Shown here piece after piece: positions 38,002 to 48,300 of a DNA stretch of 64,000 nucleotides. The DNA comes from a bacterium (GTDB lineage: Bacteria; Patescibacteriota; Minisyncoccia; Phycocordibacterales; UBA6899). The notes under the pieces were generated by a model. That model was given only the letters and a program-made list of their open reading frames with translations, was not told the origin of the DNA and searched no databases. Position 1 is the stretch's first letter; every line of letters starts with the position of its first letter. The translations under genes and the position numbers were made by a program. Location: positions 3,607 through 67,606 of the forward strand of contig JAYTCK010000021.1 of the NCBI GenBank assembly GCA_043736515.1, written 5' to 3'.

Positions 38002-39504
38002 TTACGAAAGATCACGTTCGTATAAAATAGTATCCTGCAAAAACTGCTCCAAATCAAGAAGGGTTTGCATTTTTTGAAGCAGGGATGGAGTCGGTTCATT
38101 GTGTTCCCGAATAAACATTTCATTTTTTTCTATCCCGTAGACATAATTTTTAATGGTAAAATTATTTAATTTCTTTATGTCGCCCATGAGATCGTGGGAA
38201 TCAAGAACAATAAATGCGACCGTGCGGTTTCCGAATTCTGATAATGGGAGCGCAAACAAAACCATTGCACTTCCGCTCCCATCATCGTTCAATTGAGCAA
38301 TGCCGCCACGATACCCACCGTCTCGAGATAGGATCCACGGATTTTTATTTTCCCAAACATACCGCAACTCTCCGTTGTCGCTTTTCCACGCTCTCTCAGG
38401 AAGAAGTGAAACATTGATGAGGAAATTTTTTTGAGCCTCAACATACTGAAGCAGTGTGAATAAGTTACGCGCTGAGGTCGTTGACGTGTCGCCTGACAAC
38501 ACTCCGCCAAATTGGGTGGCTTCCATTCCTATGGCTTTTGCTTTTTGGTTCATATACGACACAAACTGCTTTATTCCATGCACCTCAGCAAACGCCTTTG
38601 CCGCAGTATCGTTTGTATCGAAAAGAAGCGGGTGAATAAGGGCGCCAAGGGGTAGTTCATCCACCTCTCCTATAGAGTAATTGCGCGCAATTGATTTTCC
38701 GAGCAAAAGCTCTCCCATGCGCACAATCTTGTACTGATTTACCGCTTCAACTGCCACAAGGGCGGTGGCAAGCGAAGCCAGTGCCCCTGGGGGGCGCTTA
38801 CTATCGGCTTTTCTCTCCCAAAGTACCGTCCCATTTCCAATATCTGCCACTATGAATGAAGGCGCACTCACCATCGGAGGCTCCTCTTTTTCGGGGAGAG
38901 AGCGTAAATAATAGCGCGAAGATGTTGCCATACTCTCTTTCGGAATCCCGCCCGTAATGAACACGCGAGTCCCTACGGTGCTAAATGCATAGATTTCCCC
39001 TGCGTCCTCGGTAGAGAGGCGTATACATCCTCCTGAATAACCTCGAGGGACATCGTCCCCATTCACATATGTCGGCCACCCATGAATAAAAAAATTTCCG
39101 TAAAATTGCATGCTATACGGCATCCATGTCTCTCCAATAGAGGAGAAGTGCTTTCGTTCTTTTGTCTGTATTGCATATTTCCCCGTTGGGGTTTCCCAAA
39201 AGGTACTCTCCCTTCCGCGTGAAAGTATAGGAAACGTTTTTACCAATACACTTCCTTCATACAAAGACAGCGTCATGCTTGGAAGATCGGCAACTATAAG
39301 TTTTTCTCCTGCCGGGACAACAAGACTTTGCGGACTGTGGAGTTCTTCATTTTGAGCAAATTTATATAATAGGGCCGGAGAGCCGAGAGCGAACTCTCGC
39401 TCAACCGGAATGAGCACTCCCCCCGCCACAAACAGCGCAACAAATGAGAGCCATATTCCCATTAAAAAATAAAGTTGCTTGCTGTGTTTTTTACTATTCA
39501 TCAT
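38002..39504 (-). CDS. L,D-transpeptidase (YkuD) domain protein with a C-terminal degenerate D-Ala-D-Ala carboxypeptidase (PBP5/S11)-like domain
   Basis: YkuD catalytic motif FFIHGWP...GYSGGCIRLS. The C-terminal region aligns in pattern to S11 carboxypeptidases (SFIVADIGNGTVLWERKADSKRPPGALASLATALVAVEA), but SxxK reads SLAT and KTG reads DGG. Start trimmed to MMNSKK (TM anchor), abutting the upstream stop. Confidence 0.65.
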   Translation of the reverse strand: MMNSKKHSKQLYFLMGIWLSFVALFVAGGVLIPVEREFALGSPALLYKFAQNEELHSPQSLVVPAGEKLIVADLPSMTLSLYEGSVLVKTFPILSRGRESTFWETPTGKYAIQTKERKHFSSIGETWMPYSMQFYGNFFIHGWPTYVNGDDVPRGYSGGCIRLSTEDAGEIYAFSTVGTRVFITGGIPKESMATSSRYYLRSLPEKEEPPMVSAPSFIVADIGNGTVLWERKADSKRPPGALASLATALVAVEAVNQYKIVRMGELLLGKSIARNYSIGEVDELPLGALIHPLLFDTNDTAAKAFAEVHGIKQFVSYMNQKAKAIGMEATQFGGVLSGDTSTTSARNLFTLLQYVEAQKNFLINVSLLPERAWKSDNGELRYVWENKNPWILSRDGGYRGGIAQLNDDGSGSAMVLFALPLSEFGNRTVAFIVLDSHDLMGDIKKLNNFTIKNYVYGIEKNEMFIREHNEPTPSLLQKMQTLLDLEQFLQDTILYERDLS

Positions 39505-40139
39505 TCGGGTGTCGTACAGCCTATCTCTCTTTTGAGCCGCACCATGCCTTGCGTCCAAAAAAAGAATATTGTTGCAAGAATTGCCCCAAGCGTGTCGGCG
39601 AGCATGTCTTTCTGGGCATCCCAAATGTCTCCCTGACTCCCGAGATAATCCGCGGCTGCATCCGGCGCGGCGTTTATTGCAAAAATCCATTCAATAAATT
39701 CATAACTCATTGCAATTGTTGCAATGACGAACACTGGATAGGTAAAAAGCAAAAACCGATTCGCAACAAGTCGTTTTTCGAGCAGCCACTCGGCAACAGG
39801 ATACGCATAAAAGCCGACAGTAAAATGCGCGATACGATCATAGTGATTACGTTCAAAACCAAAGAGATCCGTGACGAAGCCGAACGGCACTTCGGCAAAT
39901 GTATAATGACCACCTATGGTATGGAGAAAAATTAGTACACTCATAAGGAGGTACGCAGTATTAGAAAATCGGATGCCTCGAGAATAGAAAAAAAGGAGTA
40001 TGCCCACAATAATCCACACAGTAAGATTTTCGACAAACCAGGTTGCGCGATCAAGCGGGGCGATTGCTAATACCCCACACAAAAACACATAGAAACAGAG
40101 GAGGGCACCGAGTAGTTTTCGAGACGGTTTGAGATCCAT
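39501..40139 (-). CDS. Polytopic membrane protein (YjdF/DUF2238-like)
   Basis: 212 aa with six predicted TM helices. Family call from overall pattern only. Confidence 0.4.
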   Translation of the reverse strand: MDLKPSRKLLGALLCFYVFLCGVLAIAPLDRATWFVENLTVWIIVGILLFFYSRGIRFSNTAYLLMSVLIFLHTIGGHYTFAEVPFGFVTDLFGFERNHYDRIAHFTVGFYAYPVAEWLLEKRLVANRFLLFTYPVFVIATIAMSYEFIEWIFAINAAPDAAADYLGSQGDIWDAQKDMLADTLGAILATIFFFWTQGMVRLKREIGCTTPE

Positions 40140-40153
40140 ATGATAAGTATAAA

Positions 40154-40774
40154 CTATTCCTCTGATTCTTTAACTTTTTTCTCCAGTTTGTGCTCTTTCT
40201 TTTCAATCTGGTCAGTGATGCGACTGCGTAAAAATATAATAAACCAGGCAATAAATGCTCCGAGAAGTGCCCCGAAAATGATAAATTTTTCTGCCCGTTT
40301 TACTTGCCCCAAGAATGACTCAATGGCGCTACCAAACACATAGCCTCCAACGGAAAAAAATATTGCCCACACAACGGCACCGAGAAAATTAAACAGGAGA
40401 AATTTTGACCATTTTACGCCACTGGTACCCAGTGCTATGGGAATCACCGTACGAAACCCGTACATAAATCGTGAGCAGAAAATAATCCACGCTTGGTGTC
40501 GCTCAATCAATAAGTGAATACGTTCAACCCGATCGGCAAGATGGGGACGCCGCGCAAGATACTCTTTTCCTTTATATCGTCCAAAATAAAAAAATAAATG
40601 ATCCCCAACACAGGCTCCCATTATCGCTACAAGAATAACTGGGAAGAGCTCAAGATGCCCCTGGTATGCCGCAAAACCTGCAAGTGCGACAATGGTTTCA
40701 CCCTCCAAAAGTGCCAGTAAAAATACTATTGCATACCCATAATTCTGGATAAGCCAGATCAGTGTCTCCATCAA
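40154..40774 (-). CDS. DedA family membrane protein
   Basis: 206 aa. YGYAIVFLLALLEGETIVALAGFAA matches the DedA/SNARE-associated motif. Confidence 0.75.
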   Translation of the reverse strand: MMETLIWLIQNYGYAIVFLLALLEGETIVALAGFAAYQGHLELFPVILVAIMGACVGDHLFFYFGRYKGKEYLARRPHLADRVERIHLLIERHQAWIIFCSRFMYGFRTVIPIALGTSGVKWSKFLLFNFLGAVVWAIFFSVGGYVFGSAIESFLGQVKRAEKFIIFGALLGAFIAWFIIFLRSRITDQIEKKEHKLEKKVKESEE

Positions 40775-40820
40775 GCTAGTATAACACGGTACTTATCCTG
40801 ACAATTGACCGACTGAGTGT

Positions 40821-41222
40821 TTATGAGGTTCCTTCCGATTTCAGCAAATCGCGGATGTCAGTCAATAACTTAACTTCCTCGGACTGCATCTTTTCTTCAG
40901 CAGGCTTTGCTTCCTCTTTTTTCTTAAATTTATTTATCGCTTTGACAACCACGAAAAGTGACCAAGCAATAATAAGGAAGCTGATGATTGCTTGGAGGAA
41001 TTTCCCATAGGCGATTTCGACGCTGTACAGTTCGAGTGAGAGTCGTGCGAGATTTATCTCCCCAGTTACCGCCCCAAAGACGGGCATAATAATATCCCCT
41101 ACCAAAGAGTTAACAATTGTCCCAAACGCTCCACCAATAATAACACCGATCGCAAGATCAATGACATTCCCCCGCATTGCGAATGATTTAAATTCCTGGA
41201 TGACGGACATGTTCTTCATCAT
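40821..41222 (-). CDS. mscL: Large-conductance mechanosensitive channel
   Basis: 133 aa. [38 protein letters not shown] is near-canonical MscL. Confidence 0.85.
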   Translation of the reverse strand: MMKNMSVIQEFKSFAMRGNVIDLAIGVIIGGAFGTIVNSLVGDIIMPVFGAVTGEINLARLSLELYSVEIAYGKFLQAIISFLIIAWSLFVVVKAINKFKKKEEAKPAEEKMQSEEVKLLTDIRDLLKSEGTS

Positions 41223-41269
41223 ATCACATAATATGTTAAAAAAACGCGGCTATAGGGCCGCGTTTTGTT

Positions 41270-42349
41270 TCAAAAATTGAAAAACTTTTTTGTTGCATTC
41301 CAGCCATATTGCCAAAGTGACTGAATTCTTTTGGGATACCGCACAATAATAACAACGACGATTTCAAAAAGCTCCGTCAGGGCTGCAAGAATGACCCCGG
41401 ATGCCCGGATGAGATCCTCAATGGGGATAAGATTTTCCACCGGATTAGTGACCGCAGCTCCGGGATTATCGTACCTCTCCTTCATCCACTTTACCGCGTC
41501 GTGAGCACCACGAACAAAAATGTCGTGACCTGCTCCCGGATACACAATGAGCTGTTTGTCTAAAGAAGGAATCTTCGCATACATTTCTTGTACTGCACCG
41601 ACAAGTGCGTGCTGATCCTGATCTCCGTGGATAAAGAGGATCGGCACCTGAATAGAGTCGGGTTTTGCCTGAACTGCGTTTGCGGTGCGGTACATTTGCT
41701 GTGCCGTGCGGGCACGGATTTTGCCATGATATTCGTGCGGATCATCGCTGTTGTTCCGGGGAAGATCGCCAACAGGGAGTGTCGGGAGGATCCTTGAAAC
41801 AAAATCCAGCATGGGATCAAGCACTTTTTCATGACGCCGTACCCACTCGCTCGCATTGTGTGTGATCGACAGTGGGGTTCCGATCAACACTACTCCTGCA
41901 AGATATTTCTGCACGTGCGGATATTCCTGAAGGAAACGCAAGATTGCCAGCGCACCCGCACTATTTCCAATGAGAAATACCGATAATTGCCTATTTGAGT
42001 CGACAGTTAACACTTTATACGTCGTGGCATGCACTGCATGAACCAGACGCAAAAAAGATTTAATTTGTCCGCGCTCACCTGGCTGGGCTTTTGGTACAGA
42101 ACGCCCGTGATACGGGAAATCGCACTTTGATACCGAGCAGAACGCATCAAGCAGTATATCGGTAACCGTGTGCATGGCGGGGTATCGCGAATGCCGACTA
42201 TAGCCGTGGAACACTGCCGCACGCGCCTCTGTGTCTTCCTCGGGAAGATAACTCACTTCACGCGCCAAGCTCCGAATTAACCGTTCAAAACGTTTACCAA
42301 CGAAGTGCCTCATGAATGCACTCCGCACCTCATTAGGCAGGGCTTTCAT
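41270..42349 (-). CDS. Alpha/beta hydrolase (lysophospholipase/monoacylglycerol lipase-like)
   Basis: 359 aa. GNSAGA (GxSxG nucleophile elbow) and downstream HGDQD / GAGHD motifs. Confidence 0.7.
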   Translation of the reverse strand: MKALPNEVRSAFMRHFVGKRFERLIRSLAREVSYLPEEDTEARAAVFHGYSRHSRYPAMHTVTDILLDAFCSVSKCDFPYHGRSVPKAQPGERGQIKSFLRLVHAVHATTYKVLTVDSNRQLSVFLIGNSAGALAILRFLQEYPHVQKYLAGVVLIGTPLSITHNASEWVRRHEKVLDPMLDFVSRILPTLPVGDLPRNNSDDPHEYHGKIRARTAQQMYRTANAVQAKPDSIQVPILFIHGDQDQHALVGAVQEMYAKIPSLDKQLIVYPGAGHDIFVRGAHDAVKWMKERYDNPGAAVTNPVENLIPIEDLIRASGVILAALTELFEIVVVIIVRYPKRIQSLWQYGWNATKKFFNF

Positions 42350-42450
42350 GATATATTCCTTTCAAAAAACGAGTCTCTCTTTACATTAGTACTTAGGAGT
42401 GAAGTGGTCAATCATGAAAATGAATAACCCTTCATGATCACATGGACTGA

Positions 42451-42936
42451 CTAACGACATTCGATGTGCTGTTCGCGCACATTGCTTTCCTCATCAAAGG
42501 TGAAGCGCGCCTCAACAAAAGCGCCTTCGAGCGCTTTGGGGAGCCAGTGAATATCGTCCGACCACATCGCATGATAAGGAATATCCTCGAGGGCGAACCA
42601 CTCCGGACGCATTTCTTCAGTTTCGCTGGGGTCACCTTCAAACTGTTCTGCAAAAAACACTGAACATTTCTAATCCCAGTCAGGCTTGTGCGGAAAATGA
42701 AACCGAATAAGGGCAGTGTACCGCATGTGTTCTTCTTTTACTTCAACGCAAATTTCTTCACGAACTTCACGTATTGCCGACTCAAGCGGAGTCTCATCAC
42801 CATCGCATCTTCCACCTGCTCCATTCCATTTCCCTGCGCCAAACTCCCGTTTCTTCATAGCGAGCAAAATTTTGCCATCACGGAGTAAAAAGCAAATGTT
42901 GGTCTTAAGTATAATTAGTTTAGGACAAATAACCAA
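42451..42936 (-). pseudogene. MutT-like NUDIX hydrolase interrupted by an in-frame TAG (pseudogene, sequencing error or recoding)
   Basis: The N-terminal 88 aa carry the Nudix box GGRCDGDETPLESAIREVREEICVEV. A TAG complement sits at 42670-42672. The same frame continues KCS-VFFAEQFEGDP..WFALEDIPY..WLPKALEG, which is the expected C-terminal half. The track shows two ORFs (42670..42936 and 42451..42660, the latter beginning at GTG). Confidence 0.5.
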
Positions 42937-43694
42937 AAGAGGAGGGCGAGTACAATACGATATACGCCAAAAGGAATAAAGTTATGTTTTTGAATATACA
43001 CAAGAAGGAATTTAATACTTAAAAGCGCAACGATAAATGACACGATGAAGCCTACAAGTAGTACATCAGCTTCTCCACGAGAAAAGTGAGCAGCATTTTT
43101 AAGGAGATCAAGCCCGGTTGCGGCACACATTGTTGGCACCGCCAGCAGGAACGAGAATTCAACGGTTGTTTTCCTCTTGAGTCCGAGTAAAAGACCACCC
43201 ATAATTGTTGCTGCCGAGCGAGATACGCCGGGCACCATTGCGAGTGACTGGAAGAGTCCGATACCAAGTGCCTGCTTGTAGGTGACATCGCTGATTCCCT
43301 TTTCACTTTCCTCTTCTTCGTGTTTTTCCTTATGCAAGAGCTCAAACACAATGAGGACAATCCCGCCGAGGAAAAGTGCTCCGACAACTACATATTCATT
43401 GCCGAGAAGATACTGCTTGATCAGCTTATATACCGTAAGTCCTATGATCCCCGTAGGAATAAATGCGACAAGAAGTTTTTTGATATTTTCAATTTGAAGG
43501 AGTGCTCTCCAATACAAAAAGACAACGGCAAATATAGCGCCAAGCTGAATGATGATTTCGAAGCTCCCCAGAAATGCTGATTCGGGAATTTTTAGTAACT
43601 CTGCCGCAAGTATGAGATGGCCCGTCGAGGAAACAGGCAAAAATTCAGTGATCCCTTCAATGATTCCGAGCATAATGCTCTCAGCAATAGTCAT
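42915..43694 (-). CDS. uppP: Undecaprenyl-diphosphatase
   Basis: 259 aa. N-terminal IIEGITEFLPVSSTGHLIL and C-terminal SRSAATI motifs of BacA/UppP. Confidence 0.85.
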   Translation of the reverse strand: MTIAESIMLGIIEGITEFLPVSSTGHLILAAELLKIPESAFLGSFEIIIQLGAIFAVVFLYWRALLQIENIKKLLVAFIPTGIIGLTVYKLIKQYLLGNEYVVVGALFLGGIVLIVFELLHKEKHEEEESEKGISDVTYKQALGIGLFQSLAMVPGVSRSAATIMGGLLLGLKRKTTVEFSFLLAVPTMCAATGLDLLKNAAHFSRGEADVLLVGFIVSFIVALLSIKFLLVYIQKHNFIPFGVYRIVLALLFWLFVLN

Positions 43695-43739
43695 GAAATG
43701 ATTCTAGCAATTTTTCTTGGCTTGAGATACACTCCGCAT

Positions 43740-44180
43740 ATGACTGAAGTTACAAAAGAACATTTTGCTGCATTGCTCCGAAAAAATGGCCTCAAAGCAA
43801 CACCGGGGCGATTGTCTCTTCTTCTTCTTCTTGCGAAGGCTGATCGTCCGCTTGCGATTCACGATATCATTCTATACTCAAAAGGAGGGCTTAATCAGGC
43901 CACTATATACCGCGCGCTCGATTCACTCCTCTCTGTTGGGATCGTACAGCGTGTCGATATGCAGCATGCACACGCACATTACGAACTCGCCCTAGGCGCG
44001 AAGCATCACCACCATCTTATTTGTAAACAGTGCGGTCGTGTCGAAGACGTGGAACATTGCGATGTGAGCGCCATCGAACAAGCGGTACTTAAAAAATCAA
44101 AACTGTTTGCATCAATCCAGACCCACTCCCTTGAATTTTTCGGCCTATGCAAAAAGTGCGACAAACTTTCGCTCAAGTAA
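43740..44180 (+). CDS. Fur-family transcriptional regulator (Fur/Zur/PerR-like)
   Basis: Start trimmed to MTEVTKEHF. Winged-helix RLSLLLLLAKADRPLAIHDI, a His-rich metal site HAHAHYELALGAKHHHHLIC, and CxxC pairs CKQCG / CKKC. Confidence 0.8.
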   Translation: MTEVTKEHFAALLRKNGLKATPGRLSLLLLLAKADRPLAIHDIILYSKGGLNQATIYRALDSLLSVGIVQRVDMQHAHAHYELALGAKHHHHLICKQCGRVEDVEHCDVSAIEQAVLKKSKLFASIQTHSLEFFGLCKKCDKLSLK

Positions 44181-44236
44181 TTATCATTCTCAAAAACACT
44201 TCGATCATAGAAATGTGTTCGACTCTATTGAGTTCC

Positions 44237-44265
44237 TATAATCAAAAGCGCACCAATACTGGTAC
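44237..44265 (+). terminator. Rho-independent terminator after the Fur-family gene
   Basis: agcgcacc-aatact-ggtacgct followed by a T-run. Confidence 0.5.
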
Positions 44266-44291
44266 GCTTTTTATTATAGAGACCTCATTCA

Positions 44292-44909
44292 CTAGAAGCC
44301 GAGTTTTTCGTTTACCAATATCATGCGCACGTTGCGTTTGATCATAGATGATTCGCCGTTCCAGATAACAATTTTATTAAGAGCAGTGTGAACACCATAG
44401 AGTCCCATCATGTGTTTGTCTTCAAGCGGAACGACATATTCCCAAAGTCGCTTCATTGCCTCGTCGAGCGTCGGAACAATTTTTTGCATACCAATTACAA
44501 AAATAATGTTCGGTGATGTAAAAACAATGTGAGGGAGTTGACTACCTGTATTTGATGCGATGACCAACTCTCCTGTTTCAGCAACGGCATGAGCGCTTCC
44601 TAAATAGTAATCTGAAAGAACGCTTTGTTTTCTGAGTAGAGATTGTTTTGCCGGATCTTTTTCGGAAAGTATCGCCTCATGGAGATTGTTCCACCCATGT
44701 TGTCCCCCTTTAAGATATTCGACAAATCCCACCTCCTCAAGGGTGACAGATGCTCCGTTCATAACTGAGGCTCCAGCAGGAATCAGTTCTTTTATTTTTG
44801 CGAGTGCCTCCGCGCGTGTTTGTACCACCTCGGCTTCTACTCCCTTTTCCTTCAATGCGGCAATGGTTTTTGCCACAGTATTGTTGTCTGCAATTGTGTC
44901 GTATAACAT
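44292..44909 (-). CDS. LUD-domain (LutC/YkgG-like) protein
   Basis: 205 aa. Size and pattern match the DUF162/LUD family (GASVTLEEVGF, ASNTGSQLPHI). Confidence 0.55.
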   Translation of the reverse strand: MLYDTIADNNTVAKTIAALKEKGVEAEVVQTRAEALAKIKELIPAGASVMNGASVTLEEVGFVEYLKGGQHGWNNLHEAILSEKDPAKQSLLRKQSVLSDYYLGSAHAVAETGELVIASNTGSQLPHIVFTSPNIIFVIGMQKIVPTLDEAMKRLWEYVVPLEDKHMMGLYGVHTALNKIVIWNGESSMIKRNVRMILVNEKLGF

Positions 44910-44944
44910 ATGAATTTTTTAAATAATAACGGCGATGACTAAAA

Positions 44945-45238
44945 CTATGATTTCCCCTTCTCTACGCTTTCGGCGAGCTTCTTAAGCAACTTCGCCATAT
45001 ATCCCACATTAATCGAGTACGCTATCTCCTGCCCCTCGCGCTCGCTGGCAACGAGGTCTGCCTCTTTAAGGACTTTTAAATGCTGGGATACCGCAGGCTG
45101 CGGCAGTCTAGTTTTGACGGCAATCTCACCCACTGTGCGGGGTCCGCGCATCAGGGCCTCGAGAATACGGTAGCGATTTTCGTTCCCTATCCCCTTCCCC
45201 ATCCGCGCAATCTCTTTGCATAAATCACTCATATGCAT
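44945..45238 (-). CDS. ArsR/SmtB-family transcriptional regulator
   Basis: 97 aa. HTH ENRYRILEALMRGPRTVGEIAVKTRLPQPAVSQHLKVLKEADLV. Confidence 0.75.
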   Translation of the reverse strand: MHMSDLCKEIARMGKGIGNENRYRILEALMRGPRTVGEIAVKTRLPQPAVSQHLKVLKEADLVASEREGQEIAYSINVGYMAKLLKKLAESVEKGKS

Positions 45239-45312
45239 ATATTAGCATATATCTATATTTCAATGCAAGTGGTCTACGAATTAGCAAAGGGTAGTGGGGC
45301 AAAAGCTGTCCG

Positions 45313-48300
45313 CTATTTCGTCTTTCTCTTAAAGCGGATGATTATTTCGTGTGAACGCTTGTCGTCCACCATCTTCACCGCTGTGGTGGGGTGTTTTACA
45401 CCATCCTCAAAAATCTCCATTATCTCGTCGTCGCCCTCAATCGCTTCAAATTTCAGGTTGTACTGGGATTTCCCATACGGCAACAGTGCCGACGCGTGAT
45501 TCCAGCCTTTGGGAAAAGATGGTGAAAATGATAACAAATTTCCTTCACGTTTTATTCCGAGGATATATTCACATATTGTCCGATACAGCACCCCTGCTGA
45601 CGCGGTATACCATGTCCAGCCAGCTCGGCCAGGATATGTGGGCGTTGAGTACACCTCCGCAGCTACGACATACGGTTCTCCCTGGTACAGCAAACTCTTT
45701 TCTGCTGTGTCACTTCGCTTGAACGGATTGACGGCATCAACTACCGCCATTCCCCCGTCAGGATCTCCAGACGCAAAAAGCGCTTGCGCAAGCCACAATG
45801 CTGCATGGTTATATTGTGAAGCATTTTCTCGGACACCGGGGGGGTAATCGGAGATTGTTCCCATGTCGAGTAGCGAGCGAGACGATGGTGGCCACGCAAG
45901 TGGAATGTGTCCCTTGGTGATACCAAGTTCGTGCTTTGCAGACTCTAGTGCCTCAATGCTTTCTTTTGTTTTTCCGTTTGCAAAATATGCCCATGACTGC
46001 GCGACAGAATCGATGCGAAAAGATTTTGCGTGGTTGGTTCCGACAGGCGCTCCCGTATCGGTGAACGCGCGTCGATACCATTTGCCGTCCCAGCCAGATT
46101 TTTGAAGTGCTTCACGATACTCAGTCGCATGGGCACGATAGCGGTTTGCACGGTCACTATCACCGCGCCCTTCGGTAAGGGTGCTCATTTCATCAAGAAT
46201 GGAAATAAGGAACCATGCGAGCCACACACTTTCTCCCTCTCCTTCCACGCCCACACGATTCATGCCGTCGTTCCAGTCTGCTTGTCCCATAAGCGGCAGA
46301 CCGTGCGATCCCGAGGTGAGCGAATGTTCAACAGCACGAATACAATGCTCATACAACGAGCTTTTTTCATCACTTGGCAAGAACACACCAACAATACTTG
46401 GGCGATCCGCCTTGTCAGGAATGTCCCCGGAAAGGTACGGGACTACTTCGTCAAGAATTGCACTATCACCGGTAAATTGAACATACCGCAGGACAACATG
46501 TGGGAGCCACAGATGGGGATCGGAAAGCCGTGTTCGGGCACCGAAATCATTATGAGGTTGCCACCACGAAAGGGCATCTCCTTCTCTGAACTGATGTGCG
46601 GCGGCGGCAAGAATGTGACTCCTCGTCCATGCGCTGTCCAGCCACAGCATAGCGAGCCCATCTTGTAATTGATCACGATACCCATATGCACCTCCAATTT
46701 GGTAAAACCCAAGCCGTGCATGAACGCGTGACGCTATCACCTGCTCTGGAAGAAAGTGGTTGGCGAGTAAAGTAAGAGTGGGGTCGGGGAGGTCGAATTT
46801 TAGAAATGGCGCCATCTCCCATTTGTGTCTTGTTTTTTTGAGCACCTGCTCCGCGTATCCCTTTTCTGTGATCTGAGAAATTGTCTTCTCAAGATCAGCC
46901 ACATTACATTCCCCGAGAAAAAAAGTTGCCTCCTTGCTTTCACCAGGCTCGAGCGACAAGCGCTTCATGAGCACCGCCGCAGGTTCTTCTTCGGAAACAA
47001 TATCACTGGAAAGTCCTATTCGCTTCAGCGCTGCAGGATCGTTAATCGTTCCGTTTCTCCCTAAAAATTCTTCTCGACTAACGGAAAACTCATCGGCGCC
47101 CGTTACGATACCCACAATTGTCCTCTTTTCTACAAATTGATGCCAATAATTCTGGCTGGCTACGAGAGTGTTTCCACTCTGTATTTCAAAAGAAAAATGT
47201 TTTTTTGTTTCTTGAGCCAAGCTTCCCAAAAGCAATTCAAAGTATCCAAAAAGTGAGAGGATTTTATTGTTCCCTGTGTTGTTGGTAAGTTTTACGCGGT
47301 AGTACTTTATCGCCACCCTATCATCAATATACAGCGTCAGCTCAAGCGTTATGCCGAATGCATGGGTCAAATATGTACAGTAGTTTATTCCATAACGGAT
47401 TTCGTATTCCGCATTTTCCTCACCCAGAAGAGGGAGTGGGCTGGCACATACACCCGTTTCCTCATCACGCAGGTAAATAGCTTCGCTCGTAAATTGAGCA
47501 AGTGGGTCATTATATGGAACAGTGAGTTTGTTGTCATAACTATTTGTTGCCCACGTAAATGACATCCCGCGGTCAGTAGCAAGAAACCCAATATGTGAAT
47601 TCGCGACAATGTGGGACCAAGGGCGGGGGGGCTGAATATTTTTGCCATAAAAAATGACATATTCTTTTTGTGCTTTGTCGTACCCGCCAACGCCGTTAAA
47701 AAACTGCAAGTCATTTTTGTCACGTCTCATAAAAGTCTCGTCGGAGATATCCGGGTCTTTTTGCGTTTCAAGTTTCGGAGGATAAGCATGTGCACCTTTT
47801 CGCTCCAAGAGTGTGATCGCATCTATCAGTGAACCTTTTTTTGCATCAATCACGACGCTTGCTGTGTGGAGCACTGCGGCTCGCTCAATCTCACTTAATT
47901 GCTCCGCCCGCGCATGAAAGACGGTGGAAACACTGCGTTCGTCATGGGAACGATGCATGTTCATAAGAAAATCCACCTCATCTTCAAATGTTTTCAAGTA
48001 TCCTCCAGAATGCTCATTAAATATGACAATATCCACAGGAATTCCTTTTTTCACAAAATAAGCATGGCAACTCAACATTTGCCTCACCATGGGGAGATCG
48101 GTTACTCCCGTAACAGTAAAAAGAATAATAGGACGATTCCCTGAAATACTCATTTTCCATAATGAGAGGACCCATGGACGGGCGTCGCTTTCCACATCTT
48201 TTCCTCGCTTCATTGCGCGTGAAAGTGCTAATGAGGCGAGAGTACTGTACGCATGAGCCTGTGAGGAGCTAATCCCATATTCAGAGAGTAAGCGTCCCCC

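Noticed and set aside
46030-46668. 212-aa plus-strand ORF and many other 60-140-aa ORFs antisense to the 2920-aa gene
   Set aside because: They lie wholly inside a long, well-supported minus-strand gene, have no RBS or conservation signals, and several begin at GTG/TTG. I treat them as shadow ORFs.
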